From the NCBI GenBank assembly GCA_964188305.1, contig OZ076889.1: a DNA stretch of 64,000 nucleotides. The stretch is one strand, 5' to 3'. This stretch comes from Podarcis bocagei. Lineage: Eukaryota. Positions 25,558-38,100 of the stretch are shown here, one piece after another (positions within the stretch are counted from its first letter, which is position 1; each line of letters opens with the position of its first letter). Made by a program: the position numbers and the translations under genes. The notes below the pieces were generated by a model. It did not search any database and had not been told where the DNA came from. It saw nothing but the letters and a program-made list of their open reading frames with translations.

Positions 25558-26561
25558 GTAGCTGAAAATACTTTTGCAGTTGTTCCTGAACTGTATAGTA
25601 TACTTAAGAAACACAGTGTTTGAAAAATAAATATTTCCATTAGCTTTTTGAGTACTAAATAATAGTATACCTCACTGGCATCCTGATATTCTGCCTCAGG
25701 GATAGACTACATGTTACACTTTTGTATGTGCACCCTTCATGTGTGTACCCTTCTCCCAGCTGTTTCCTTTAGCAGCACATGCCTCGTGAATTCTGGCCAT
25801 CAAATAGCCAGCTTCCGTGCCCCTGCTCCGTGTCATCTGTGGTTGCTAGAGAGAGTGGGTAAAGCCTGCTATATAAGAACCAGAATTCATCTGATAAATG
25901 GTATTAAATGATGGCAGCCTATGACTTTTTACATACTGCTTCTCATTTTCACATGCGCTTGAAAATGCCAGTCTGCTGGCAGATCCAAATTATTATTGCT
26001 TACATTTGGCATATTTTCCCACTGCTTCATTGATAAGAATGATAAGATGAAGCTGTACTTGAATAACAGCTGCTTTGCTTTGGTAATATAAGAATATTTC
26101 TGCTTTCTAGCTGTCTCATTCTTGGCTGCAAGGAAAGAAAATCCTTGCACAGAAGAAATACATGCATGGATTGTTTTCTCCATTTAAAATGAATAGGAAA
26201 ACTCAACATACATATCATAGCATCTACACCCACAAACAATTGCTGGATTGGAGCAACTAGAATAAACAACCTTATTTGTTTGTTTTTAATTTATTAATTT
26301 TTTATCCAACACTTCTTCCCAAAGGAGCCGAGGGTGGCAGATGAACTCTCAATATTAAATTTTCAAGTGACTTTTTAAGGAAAGCCAAGAAGTGTGCAAG
26401 CTCTATTCCCTCTTATTTGTTTGTTTTAAATGCACGTTGTTGATCTGAATCGAATATACCACTTTTCAACAGCCCTTTTTAAATGCTACTTTGTAGTTTC
26501 CTGCCCTGCCATATTGAAGCAATATTTATGCTCTGACTTGAATGTTAATGATTGCGTTCAG

Positions 26562-26684
26562 GTGAAGGTGCCATCAATTTGTCATTGGCTCAAAACCGAG
26601 GCCAAGATGTGAGGATTAATGGGCCTATTGGACAAAACAACTCAGTACGAATGGAGACAGGCTTTCCCATACCAGGAAACCAAG
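26562..26684 (+). CDS. NCOA6: NCOA6 coding exon 3 (GC donor)
   Basis: ttcag|; EGAINLSLAQNRGQDVRINGPIGQNNSVRMETGFPIPGNQ; AAG|gcaagt; 123 nt. Confidence 0.9.
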
Positions 26685-26923
26685 GCAAGTTCAGCTTTGT
26701 AAAAGTTAGTGATACGTTACTTTGTGAAATATGCAACTGTTCTTTCATACAACTCCAAAGACTTTTCACTTCTTGATTTTTCATGTTTGTGGCATGTTTG
26801 GGGATTTTTTTTGAACATTTATAGACTGCTAACAATTTTTTGCCACGTGCAAATTTTCTTACTATAATTAAGTATAGAAAAATGGGTTTTTTTAGCCTGT
26901 TTTAATGTTTTATCCTCTTAAGA

Positions 26924-27059
26924 CAGGCTTCCTCAACCTTGGCCCTCCAGATGTTTTGAGACTACAATTCCCATCATCCCTGACCACTGGTGCTGCTAGC
27001 TAGGGATCATGAGAGTCATAGGCCAAAAACATTTGGAGGGCCAAGGTTGAGGAAGCCTG
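26924..27059. mobile_element. Short palindromic hAT-type MITE (older copies near 8.7, 19.4, 35.3, 50.9, 51.4, 55.2, 55.7, 58.1 and 59.9 kb)
   Basis: Long TIR CAGGCTTCCTCAACCTTGGCCCTCCA / TGGAGGGCCAAGGTTGAGGAAGCCTG; ACTACAATTCCCATCATCCC core. Confidence 0.8.
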
Positions 27060-27724
27060 CTCTAAGATCCTACATGGCAGATTTTCCAAAGTTCCCTTCA
27101 AGGATAGATGCTGTTCTTATAACCATTCAGAGATAATACATAATTTAACTTCTAATGAGGAAGTTTTGTAATCAGTGTTTAGAAGCCTGTGTAAGTGTCT
27201 TTCTTGAGGGTCCTGATTTTTATTTAAAAACAAGACTATTTTTAAATATTTTTTTCCCATTACTTGAGAAGAAATCTGTTTGCACAATATCAGATTTCAC
27301 CCATTGGACTCAGTTAAAAAAGTAAATAAATTGGTTTGGTTATGCTGCTGATAATAGTGATAATGACAAACAAAAAGAAAGCTAAATAATATGCAAAATT
27401 CAATGGAAAAATTAAAAGTAGAGTCAGGAAGACAAAGCAGAGAATATAGACAGAGAAACACTTGCTAGGAGAATTTTTTAATGATACTAACTTAACAAGC
27501 CATGAAGAGAAATGGAAGAAGACAAAGGGTCAATACCCGTGGATTTGTTGCTGTTTTTGGTTTGGTTCTTAAATTGCTTATTGGTGTTCTGGAACAAGGT
27601 TGGCCATGCTCCCTTTTTAGAGAACAACGAAGGCCATACATATCTTAACATATGTATTTGATACTCTTATTTGTAATGTGTTCCTATTTGTATGATCTAG
27701 CATTCATATTTTATTTTTTTATCA

Positions 27725-27915
27725 TTACATTTCTATCGCGCCCTTCCAAGGAGTTCAGTGTGGCATACATTGTTCCCCCACACCCATATTATTCTCACAA
27801 CAACCCTTTGGGATAGTGATTGGCCCAAGGTTACCTATCAAGCTACATGGCAGCATAGGGATTAGAACACTGGTCTCCCAGCTTCTGTTCCAAGCCTCTG
27901 GCCCTACAACACACT
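27725..27915 (-). mobile_element. CORE/MIR-like SINE, degenerate
   Basis: Same motifs as the 24.1 kb copy. Confidence 0.6.
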
Positions 27916-28186
27916 AGATATCTACAATATGGTTTCCTTTGGCAATTCATTCTCCTTTATTGATCCACACTGGAGTGGCTTTTGCCACAGAGACAACAGT
28001 TTTGTTAGATTTTCTGCTTTCTTGTATATATTTTCAAAAATCGAATAAATAAATAAATATACCACACAAAAACAACTTCAAAATTTCAGTGCAGGATTTG
28101 AAGCTTTTCCCATTCTGTGCAATGCTATACTTTGCAATTTGACAATTTGCATCTTTGCACAATGAAAAATATGGTTATGTTTCTAG

Positions 28187-28315
28187 GGTTAATAAGAATA
28201 AACAATCCTGCAACTGTGATGATGCAGCAAAGTGGGAATGTATCATCATCTATGATGACGAGTGCAACTAACACAGAGTTGCAACCTAGAACACCTTGTC
28301 CAACATCTCAGTCAG
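28187..28315 (+). CDS. NCOA6: NCOA6 coding exon 4
   Basis: ttctag|; LIRINNPATVMMQQSGNVSSSMMTSATNTELQPRTPCPTSQS; |gtaatc; 129 nt. Confidence 0.93.
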
Positions 28316-28715
28316 GTAATCGGCTTAGATATTACTTGGATAAATATATCTGGAGAAATGTGAATTTGTGTTTTATTTCCCCTGGCTTCTGCTTATTAAT
28401 CTGGAAATGCATTCTAAAATATTTACCCAAGCTCTTAACTAGTTCTTTGCATGGAATGAGCTGCATTTTTTAAATATTCAAATATTATTGTGGATTTCAT
28501 GTTGTTGCCTAGTCCCCATCTCTCACAAAACAATTTTCACAAAAATATGTGAAGTGTGGTAAAAAATTATTGAGAAATATCCTGAGCTGTGTGTGCATGT
28601 GTGTGTGTGCGCGCTTGCTTGCTTGTGAGGGACAGAAAGAGAATGTTTGTTTCTCTGAATAGTACTAGACTAACTACAGACAATATTTCATTTTCTTCTC
28701 CATTTCTTTTTATAG

Positions 28716-29531
28716 ATTCAGTGGATCCACTTTTGTCAGGGCTAGCTATCCAACAGCAAAATCATCCATCTGGATCTGTAGTGCCTCAGCTCCATTCAGT
28801 ACAGCCAGTTTCTGTTAATAGGCAAATAAACCCAGCCAACTTTCAACAGATGCAACCACAGCAACAATTGCAGCCACGCCCTCCTCAACAGCACCAGCAA
28901 CCACAACAGGGTATTCGTCCTTCGTTCACAACCCCAACTCAGGTTCCAGTTTCTCCTGGTTGGAACCAGGTGCCTTCTGGAATAGTTCAGCCTCCTCCGT
29001 CACAAGGCACAATGGGCACATTGACAGTTAACCAGGGCTGGAAAAAGGGCCCTTTGCCTGGACAAATGCAGCAGCAACTCCAAGTCAGACCATCTTTGGC
29101 AACGGTACAAACACCCTCCCATCCTCCACCCCCATACCCTTTTGGAAGCCAACAAGCTTCTCAGGCACACACAAACTTTCCTCAGATGAACAACTCTGGC
29201 CAATTTACTGCTCCTCAGATGAAGAATCTTCAGGGAGGGCCTTCACGGGTCCCTACACCACTACAACAACCCCACCTGACCAACAAATCTCCTGCCTCCT
29301 CTCCCTCCTCTTTTCAGCAAGGATCTCCTGCATCTTCCCCAACAGTTAACCAAGCACAGCAGCAGATGGGACCAAGGCCTCCCCAGAATAATACTCTCCC
29401 CCAGGGGTTCCAACAGCCTATTAATTCTCCTAGCCGTAATCCTATGGTACAGCAGGGGAATGTACCTCCAAACTTCATGGTAATGCAACAGCAAAACCAG
29501 GGTCCACAGGGCTTACATCCCGGGCTAGGAG
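28716..29531 (+). CDS. NCOA6: NCOA6 coding exon 5 (Q/P-rich)
   Basis: tttatag|; DSVDPLLSGL...HPPPPYPFGSQQ...QGLHPGLG; |gtaagt; 816 nt; contains a PPxY motif. Confidence 0.96.
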
Positions 29532-30637
29532 GTAAGTAATCATTTTATTGCAAAATATTTGTTCCTAGACTTTATAGCAAATTAATAAGTTACCTATGAA
29601 CACTGAATTGATATGCAACACCACGTGAATTTCCTGTTGATATATTAAAGAATTGAACTGCTGAATAATGTTTGTCATTGTTGGAAGAAATATCAGAGTT
29701 GGAAGAAATATCACCTTGCCCAAACCAGTGCTTTGAGACAAAATACTGTAAATCTCTATTGCTTTCCTAACAAGCCATGTTTTGCTTGAAATCTTCCAAG
29801 GGAGGAGATACCACAACATTCTTAAGCCAATTGTACAGTTGCTGAAATAATTTTATAAATGGGAACTTTCCCTGACAGTTTGATTTTAAATCTCTTGTAA
29901 TGTAAATCTTTTGCTCATGTTTCCTCAATTAATAATTAGTAATAAACAATTACTAAGTAGAAGAGTTTGATTATCATTTCTGGGTTAATAAGCTGAGATA
30001 TGTAGTGTTTTGGCTGTGTATGCAGCCGCTTTATTCCTCCCTTCATACTGAGAGCAAACAAACCAGGAAGTTTTTTGTTAACTAGTTTTCTGTTTCAAAT
30101 GAACAAACCAGGATATTTAGCCCTGGGCCTAATTTTGACACAATATCCTAGCTTGTTCTAAAGTTGTTAACCATAATTTCCCTATTTGGACAAAATGGAA
30201 AAATAGTCTGTTGAAGTCTTCCTGGTTTATTTTCTTGCTCATGCCTAAGGGTGCATGTGTAGTTAAAAAGCTTGTTATTAAGCAGTGATATAATTGTTCA
30301 AACATGGTTATTCTTTCTCTGATAGTGAAAAACATTATTATCATTTCTAATCTTTTTTTTTCTAGGTTGGGCAAACAAGCCTCTCATGACTTGACATAGT
30401 CATTGAGTCCATAGTCAGTTTATTTATACATCACAATTTTCACAGACTTGTGCTTAGAGTGGTTTGCCGAAAATCAGTCGGAATGGAATAATACAATAAT
30501 TACAATATATAACTAAAATTACAATATTCCTATTGTGTTTCAGCAGTTAATTGATTAAAATTTATCAAATTAAATTAAATTAGCACAAAGTTTGCTGACA
30601 GACTAAATAATATTCCATAGAATCTCTAAAGCTAATA

Positions 30638-30843
30638 GAGTCATACCTCATGTTGCGTCCGCTTCAGGTTATGTCTTTTCAAGTTGCGTCCTGTGGCAAC
30701 CCAGAAGTACCGGAATGGTTACTTCCAAGTTTCACCGCTCACGCATGCGCAGAAGCGCTAAATCGCACGCTTCTGGATACAAACGCTTCAAGTTGCGGGT
30801 GGGCCTCCAGGACAGATTATGTCCGCAAGTCAAGGTTCCACTG
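30638..30843. mobile_element. TA-flanked Tc1/mariner/pogo-type MITE (second family; related fragment at ~10019-10060)
   Basis: Degenerate TIR GAGTCATACCTCATGTTGCG / CGCAAGTCAAGGTTCCACTG with TA flanks; CpG-rich interior. Confidence 0.6.
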
Positions 30844-31094
30844 TAATAGTAGTAACTATTAACACCCTTATCCAAAAAAACCTTTGCATACATAGAGTCA
30901 AAAGACAAGACCACCCCACTCCATTTCTTCTGGCTGCTGCTCACTTATTAAGGCTGCTGGGGCTGGAGGGTGGAACATAGCCCCCCCCCCCATTTTTCCT
31001 GCTTTATTCTCCTCTTAACTGTATCATGATAAGGATATATTAATCAATGTTAATATACAATGCAATTAATAAACAAAGTTATTTTTCTGTCCAG

Positions 31095-31241
31095 GAATGC
31101 CCAAGCGTCTCCCACCTGGCTTTCCTGCAGGACAGGCAAATCAGAACTTCATGCAAAGTCAGGTGCCTTCTACAACACCAGGGACACCTGCAAATAGTGG
31201 AACACCCCAATTGCAAACAAGTCAGAGCGTGCAGCACACAG
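31095..31241 (+). CDS. NCOA6: NCOA6 coding exon 6
   Basis: ctgtccag|; MPKRLPPGFPAGQANQNFMQSQVPSTTPGTPANSGTPQLQTSQSVQHT; |gtctgg; 147 nt. Confidence 0.93.
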
Positions 31242-32191
31242 GTCTGGTAGCTGAATTTTAATAGATTATTGGTCTGCTTTTCTCATTTATGGAAGCTCAC
31301 TCTAAATGACAATACAGTGTTGTATCCAGCGGTGGTTTAGGAGTAGCTGAACTGCTTCTCCTAGTACAAGGTGACACACTCAGTTTTTGCCAATCCCCCA
31401 TACTAATTATAGCACTTTATGCCATATCCAATCTTGAGTGGCCGCTAACCTTAAAGGGAAATTTTTTGGGCGTGGTAGTGGGGAAGCACAAAGCCATCAT
31501 TAGATACAATCCACATTACTTGGCAAATGATGTTGTATTTTCAATAGTAGTAATTTTTGTATGTGTAGAAACGTGACTGCTGTGTTAAATGACACAGAAC
31601 TGTCAACATCAAAAATTAAGTTTATCTGAAAGGATAGTGCAATGAATTTAGTGCCATTTTGAAAAATGACCTTCTTCTATTTGCTGTTGTGGAGACAGTA
31701 AACAGCTGTCTTAGGTAAAGTGGGTGCAATAGAGGCCTTGGGTTTAGAGAGAGAAACACTGGGAAGACCAATTAGAACCTTTCACCCTTTTGTAAAAAAG
31801 ATTTTTGTTCATAGACAATGCCCTAGAAACATTAAGAAACCCTATTTGCCTTTCAGTAAAAGATTCTAAATATGACTCTGTTGAATAATATATTATGCTG
31901 TTAACTTCTATTTGCTTTGCCCCCCTGTCCTAGTCCACCACTGATCTGTTACCTCTTTCTTTTGCATGTTCTGATCATGTATGATTGGCAGAAATGCTGT
32001 TAGAGAATAATTCTTAGGATTTCCAACATTCACAAATACTTTCAGACCATGTTTCAAATATTGGAATTTTGATAGTACAGTATTGTAAATGTTAAACACA
32101 GAGAAAATTTTCTGGACTAGTTTATTAATTTACATGCTCTTATACCAATTCAGTTTACAATTGTCTAACCTGAACTATTAAAATTTTTAAG

Positions 32192-33311
32192 GTGGTCAAG
32201 GAAATGGTCCTCCTCAGAATCAGATGCAAGTTCAACATGGCCCATCAAATATGATGCAGACCAACCTAATGGGTCTTCATGGAAATATGAGCAACCAGCA
32301 GACAGGTACCAGTGGAGTTCCACAAGTTAATATGGGCAACATGCAGGGACAGCCTCCACAAGGACCACAATCTCAGCTAATGGGGATGCACCAACAAATA
32401 GTGTCCTCCCAAGGACAGATGGTGAACATTCAGCCTCAGGGATCTCTAAATCCTCAAAACCAGATGATACTTTCTCGAGCTCAGCTCATGCCACAGGGCC
32501 AGATGATGGTCGCATCTCAGAACCAAAATCTTGGTCCATCACAACAAAGGATGACACCACCCAAGCAGATGATTCCCCAGCAAGGCCAACAGATGATGGC
32601 TGCACATAATCAGATGATGGGACCGCAAGGCCAGGTGTTGCTGCAGCAAAATTCAATGATGGAGCAGATGATGACCAATCAGATGCAAGGAAATAAGCAG
32701 CCATTCGGTGCTCAAAGCCAGTCCAATGTTATGACGGGGCCAGCTCAAATAATGAGAGGACCAACCCCCAATATGCAGGGAAACATGGTGCAATTCACAG
32801 GACAGATGATGGCCCAGCAAGGCCCTGTGAACAGCAATCCTTCTCAGGTTATGGGGATTCAAGGACAAGTTCTGAGACCCACAGGAACTAACCCTCACAT
32901 GTCTCAGCAACTGGGTGATACCACCACTACTACAAACAGTGATGTGAACTTGACACAAATGCTACCTGATGTTTCTATGCAACAAGGAAACATGGTGCCT
33001 CCCCACTTGCAAGGGATGCAGGGAAACAACAATACACCAGGGAGCCATTTTGCTGGGCATGGGATGCCTTTTAGTACTCCTTTTAGTGGAGCTCAAAATG
33101 GGAATCAGATTTCCTGTGGACAAAACCCAGGTTTTCCTGTCAACAAGGATGTCACAATAACAAGCCCTTTGTTGGTAAACTTGCTGCAAAGTGATATATC
33201 TGCAGGACATTTTGGTGTGAACAGCAAACCGAACAATCAAAATGCCAATAAACCCAAGAAGAAGAAACCTCCAAGGAAGAAGAAAAATAATCAGCAAGTA
33301 GAACAAATTAA
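32192..33311 (+). CDS. NCOA6: NCOA6 coding exon 7 (Q/M-rich activation region, LxxLL-1, basic NLS-like tract)
   Basis: tttttaag|; 1120 nt; SPLLVNLLQSD (LVNLL at 33172-33186); KPKKKKPPRKKK; AA|gtaggt phase 2. Confidence 0.96.
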
Positions 33312-34842
33312 GTAGGTTTAACATTTTTGTTTCCTACACAACCGAACCAAGTTTGTTTCTATTTCAGTTGAACATAAGGTTTGCATTTGCTAGCAGTTCT
33401 TTTAAGTAAATATTTATAATTCACAAAGCAATGCCAGTTTTGCAATTTACACCTCCATCCCATGCAGAAATAAAGAGAAGATAATTAAAGAAGTAACTTT
33501 ACCAACAATTCATTCTGTGTTTGTGTTAGTTGTTAAGTTAGAACCCCAAGTGTTGTCACTCTTCAGGTGAAAACTCTTTTTTAAAAAATAGGGCTGATGT
33601 AGAAGTAACTCAGAAAAGCAGCACCAGAAAGAAACCTCAGTGACAGGTTTTTAGTTGAATTATAGGCACAATAAGTGATTGAAGAGCACTTTCAGACATG
33701 CTACTACATAGTGTGCTTGTCACTGCTGAGGCTTTCAGTGCAGTCTACAGAATGATGAGAAATCAGGGCTGGCTATAGGAAGAGGAGTTTTTGTATGGGG
33801 CTGTGCCTATGGACATTGCTGCCAAAATGCCCCAGACGCAATTGGATCACAGCCAGCTAGTACTCTCTCTTAACTTTGCTCCCACTCCTCTCTCCTTAAG
33901 TGCACATACCAGCTCTCCTTTCCCCGTCACTTACCATGGTGTTTCACACCTTTTTGCAGGCCAGAAAATATGCTTGTATTGATAAATAGTATACTATTTC
34001 CTTGTCTATTTGACCTGGAAAAAAATTGCCTGACCAGGCCACATGAAAGCCACAGTGCTAATGGGAAGGAGGCCTTCAGCCTTGCCTACCACTTGATGAC
34101 ACTTGCTGGGTCATTGATGGGAGAAATGACTGTTGTCCTGTTACTACAATAGGTAGAACTATATAAAAACAAAGTGTCTAGATTGTAACACAAATAATGA
34201 AACCTCATTTTCACAATTGGTTACATAACACTAACATGTTCATGAGTGGATTTGTTCAGTGGAGACAGTATTCCAGTATTAGAGTAATTCCTACAACAAA
34301 ATGCTCATTCCATACAATGTGTTGAATTGTATGGTAGCTGTCCCAGAAATATTCTACTTACAGTAGGCCATAGGGCATTTAAGTGGGTCTCAGGATTGTG
34401 CTACCTGCCTCTGCACAAAGGAGTGAATTTGTGAGTCAGGATTTTCACAAATTTCCTAATTTCAACAGCATTTTTCCTCTGTATCTGTGGATGCCCTAGT
34501 CACGTGATTTCCTGTGTGCAGTGCTTAGTAGGCCACAGTTCCATAGTTCACTTTTCTACCTTACTACATGTAATGAAAAATGTCGTGATAGAAAGTATCA
34601 GTCATTAAAAATTGAGAACATACATTTAGATTTTCAGAATATAATAATAGATTGCAGTGTATGGCTTTTCATTATAACACATTAATAGGAAAAGACACAA
34701 TTATAAGAAAAGATACTATTTTCTGAATTCTGTTGTTATGACTTGAAAAAACAGCAAGGTTGCCTGTTTTTATAAATGGGTGATGGTCACGTGGCTTTTT
34801 CATGGGTGGCAGAGAAATTCACAGCATCAATCTTTAAATGTA

Positions 34843-35196
34843 CAGTGGTGCACCGCAAGATGAATGCATCGCAAGACGAAAAACTCGCTAGACGAAAGGG
34901 TTTTGCGGTTTTTGAGCTGCTTCGCAAGACGAATTTCTCTATGGGCTTGCTTCGCAAGACGAAAACGTCTTGCGTTTTTTGCAAGTTTGTTTCCTTTTTC
35001 TTAACACCGTTAATACAGTTGCGACTTGACTTCGAGGAGCAACTCATAGAATGCGGTGTGGTAGCCTTTTTTGAGCTTTTTGGTGATTTTTGAAGCTTTT
35101 CCAAAACTTTTCCGACACCGTGCTTCGCAAGACGAAAGATTCGCTAGACGAAAAAACTCGCGGAACGAATTAATTTCGTCTTGCGAGGCACCACTG
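34843..35196. mobile_element. Tc1/mariner/pogo-type MITE, 354 bp
   Basis: TA|CAGTGGTGCACCGCAAGA ... TCTTGCGAGGCACCACTG|TA; highly similar to 51981-52334. Confidence 0.9.
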
Positions 35197-38100
35197 TATC
35201 TTGTAAGTCCACAAGGCCACATGGACCTCTGAGATTTTGACCATAGTCAAACAGTCAAGCCTTCCCCAACTTTGTACTCTACAACTGTATTGGATTACAG
35301 CTGCCATTAGTCCAAGCCGGCATAGTCTGTAAGCCAAAACAGTTGAAAGGGACTTGGTTGGGGTAGGCTAGCTTAGTCTGTTGCAATATAGGCAATGAAT
35401 ACAGCCATTCATGTGATCATAACACTGTTGTCTGCTGTCTGACTTTTAAGTTGACTGTGGCTTTTACAAACTTCTATCGCCTTCAGACTCCTTCTAAAAC
35501 ACCCTAACACTCAGCAACTTCCAGTGTTTGAAGTGCTTTGTGTATTGCTAAACCTTGGTGCACTTGTAAGATACACTAGTATTATTGCTCTTACTGTGCA
35601 AACTGTGGGGCAAACAATGAGAAATTAGGTACTTGACCTAGACGGGTCCCCAGCTATGTGATGTCAGTACAACTTAAACTTCCAAATAGATTACAAATAT
35701 TTTTCAAGTTAGCCTCTAGTGTAGATTGTGTTTAGTTGGGGGTCAGGAAAGGGAATAAGCTGAAGAACATGGAGGGGAGAGCTGTCTTTGTTGTGCAAAG
35801 AGCTTGATTTTGTAAAGTTTCCTTATGCAACTAATGATGTTCCTGACATTTATTCTCTGTAGCTATTGAAAAGAGAGTCTAAAGTCAGTGATGTGTTAAA
35901 CTTAGAGGCTTGTATTGTATTGTATTGTATTGTATAGTATGGTTTGGATGGCTGTAGGCCTTTCTAAACCTTATAGCACAGGAAGGAATCATTCTATTGC
36001 TTTCTCAAGAATGACATCACAAGAACAATGTAAGTTGCACTTCTTCTTACATAGCTATGTTAAGATATCACTCAGAGACCTCTGTATGCATTTCCCATAT
36101 CCCCTATCCGTCCCTTCTGCTTAATCACAGAATGCAAACTTGCAGCTCATGTTCCTTGACTGAATAGGAGCACAGCAGAAGAATAGACTTAAGGCAGGGG
36201 TGAGGAACCTTCAGTCCACAGGCCAATCTCAGTATTTTATGGGTATCACTGCACTCAAGAAAAACCCCAATTGCAGATGAGCTGCAAAAGCAGGTGTTTT
36301 AGTCACTAAAGATATGAAAGGTATGCACAGGCCTCCTATTTCATGTAGCAGTCTAGCGTAGGTGAGTGCCAATGTGAAAGTACTGGATCAAGCTTATAGT
36401 AAACAATACGGAAATTGTGTACTTTTAATATCCTGTTGCTAATTGCTAATACGCTGTGCTAATGAAATTAGCGTAGCATATATGTAACAGTCGTGTAAGT
36501 TCTTTCTCTCTGGGTGGAAATACAAAAGTAGCTTATCAAGCTTTTTCACTTCTTTAGGAAACTTGTTTGAAGCAGAACATAGCAAAACAGTTATCTGGAG
36601 GGAATTGATTAGCAGTTTGTAGATTCTGAGACAAAAGGAAAATCTGGTACAAGTAATTGAGATTATTAAAATAACTTGATAAAGAGCAATAATCTGTGGC
36701 AGGCATCAGAGATATGATGTTGTTGGAGGTAAAGAAGTACAGTTGATGGAGTAAGAAACTTCCAGAGTGATTTCTCCTTCCAGTTGAGACTTCTGTGCAG
36801 TTCATTTATTGATTAATATGCATTAAACCAAGAAACCCATCCCCTTATAACTGATTGTTAACATTCTGGGTCTCCTAATTCTGCTTTCTTATTTCACTGG
36901 TACACTGGAATTTTCGATATATCATGAGAGCATTAGAGCATATATTTGTGGGTGTTAACAGCTGTAGTGCTTTGTGCCTCTCTTTGCAAACTGGTAATGG
37001 CAACAGTAGATGAGATTGCTTGCTGAAGCTTATTGGATAGGTTTGCTTTTGTAGATGCACAAATGTTTCCCTGAAATAAGCAAGTTTGACAACATTTGAA
37101 CAATTATCTCAGAGGTTGTATGTTGCCCTTTCAACATAAGCATAATCAGAATGAGAAAACAGTCAGAGGTCTCTGAGTTTTTAAGATAAGTTTGTTTGTT
37201 TATTAAATATATATCCTGTTCTTCCCCTAAAAGGAGCCTTCATGTATTCTGGATTTTGGAGAGGGTAGCACAGTGACTATTAGTGGCAAAAAATATAGCT
37301 GTTTGGGGAACGAAATTTCTCCCACCACCACTGTACCTGCTTCAGATGAAATACTATAAGATAAATAAATATAACACTCACACTTGAAGCGAAGTAAAAC
37401 ATTACTGAAAAAAATAAGCAAGCAAGTTGCTCCACATTCCTATATAAACCACACGTTTATATAGGCACACACAGCCTCTACTGCCAGCCATGCAACTTAC
37501 ACCTACTCTCCTAATGGGTTTCAGTCCAGAATTGGTTCTACTGCTTCTGGGAACAATGGCTGAGAGGGAGACAACAGAGAATCGGAGAGTGACCCCAACA
37601 AGATCTGAGCAACGAAAGAAGAGGTCATAAACTTGAATAAAGTTAAATTTTCACACTTCGTTCTGAATTTAATTTGATCCCCTCCCCCCCCCCAAAAAAA
37701 ACCCCCCTGGAATTCATTGGCAATGATTTTGGTGGTGGCAGAAAAAGAGATTGTGTGGATACAGGTGAAAGCCAGAGCATTTGTATAAAGCTGCTGACAA
37801 TTTACAGTTCCTAGTACTTTCCACACTTAAATATACCTGAACAGAAGATAGCACACTCACTGGAGTTCTTACCATACACAGAATTGAGATTAAATTAGTT
37901 TTAAAGTTAAAAAACCTATTTTGAAGCATATGATCCCTTTTTTATTTTATTTGTTTAATGTTTCCGAAGAAGTCAATAGTGTGTTTTAGATTGTGGAGGA
38001 AAACTACCAGAACAAAACTTTTCCATTTGGTCAGAAACCTGGCTGCGATTTCTACTACGGGAAACATGGTGCAGATATATACATAGGTAAATGTAAAGTG

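Noticed and set aside
34787-35104. Similar 105-119 aa ORFs at 34.8 and 52.0 kb that look like paralogous small genes
   Set aside because: Both lie inside copies of the same non-autonomous MITE; no transposase motifs
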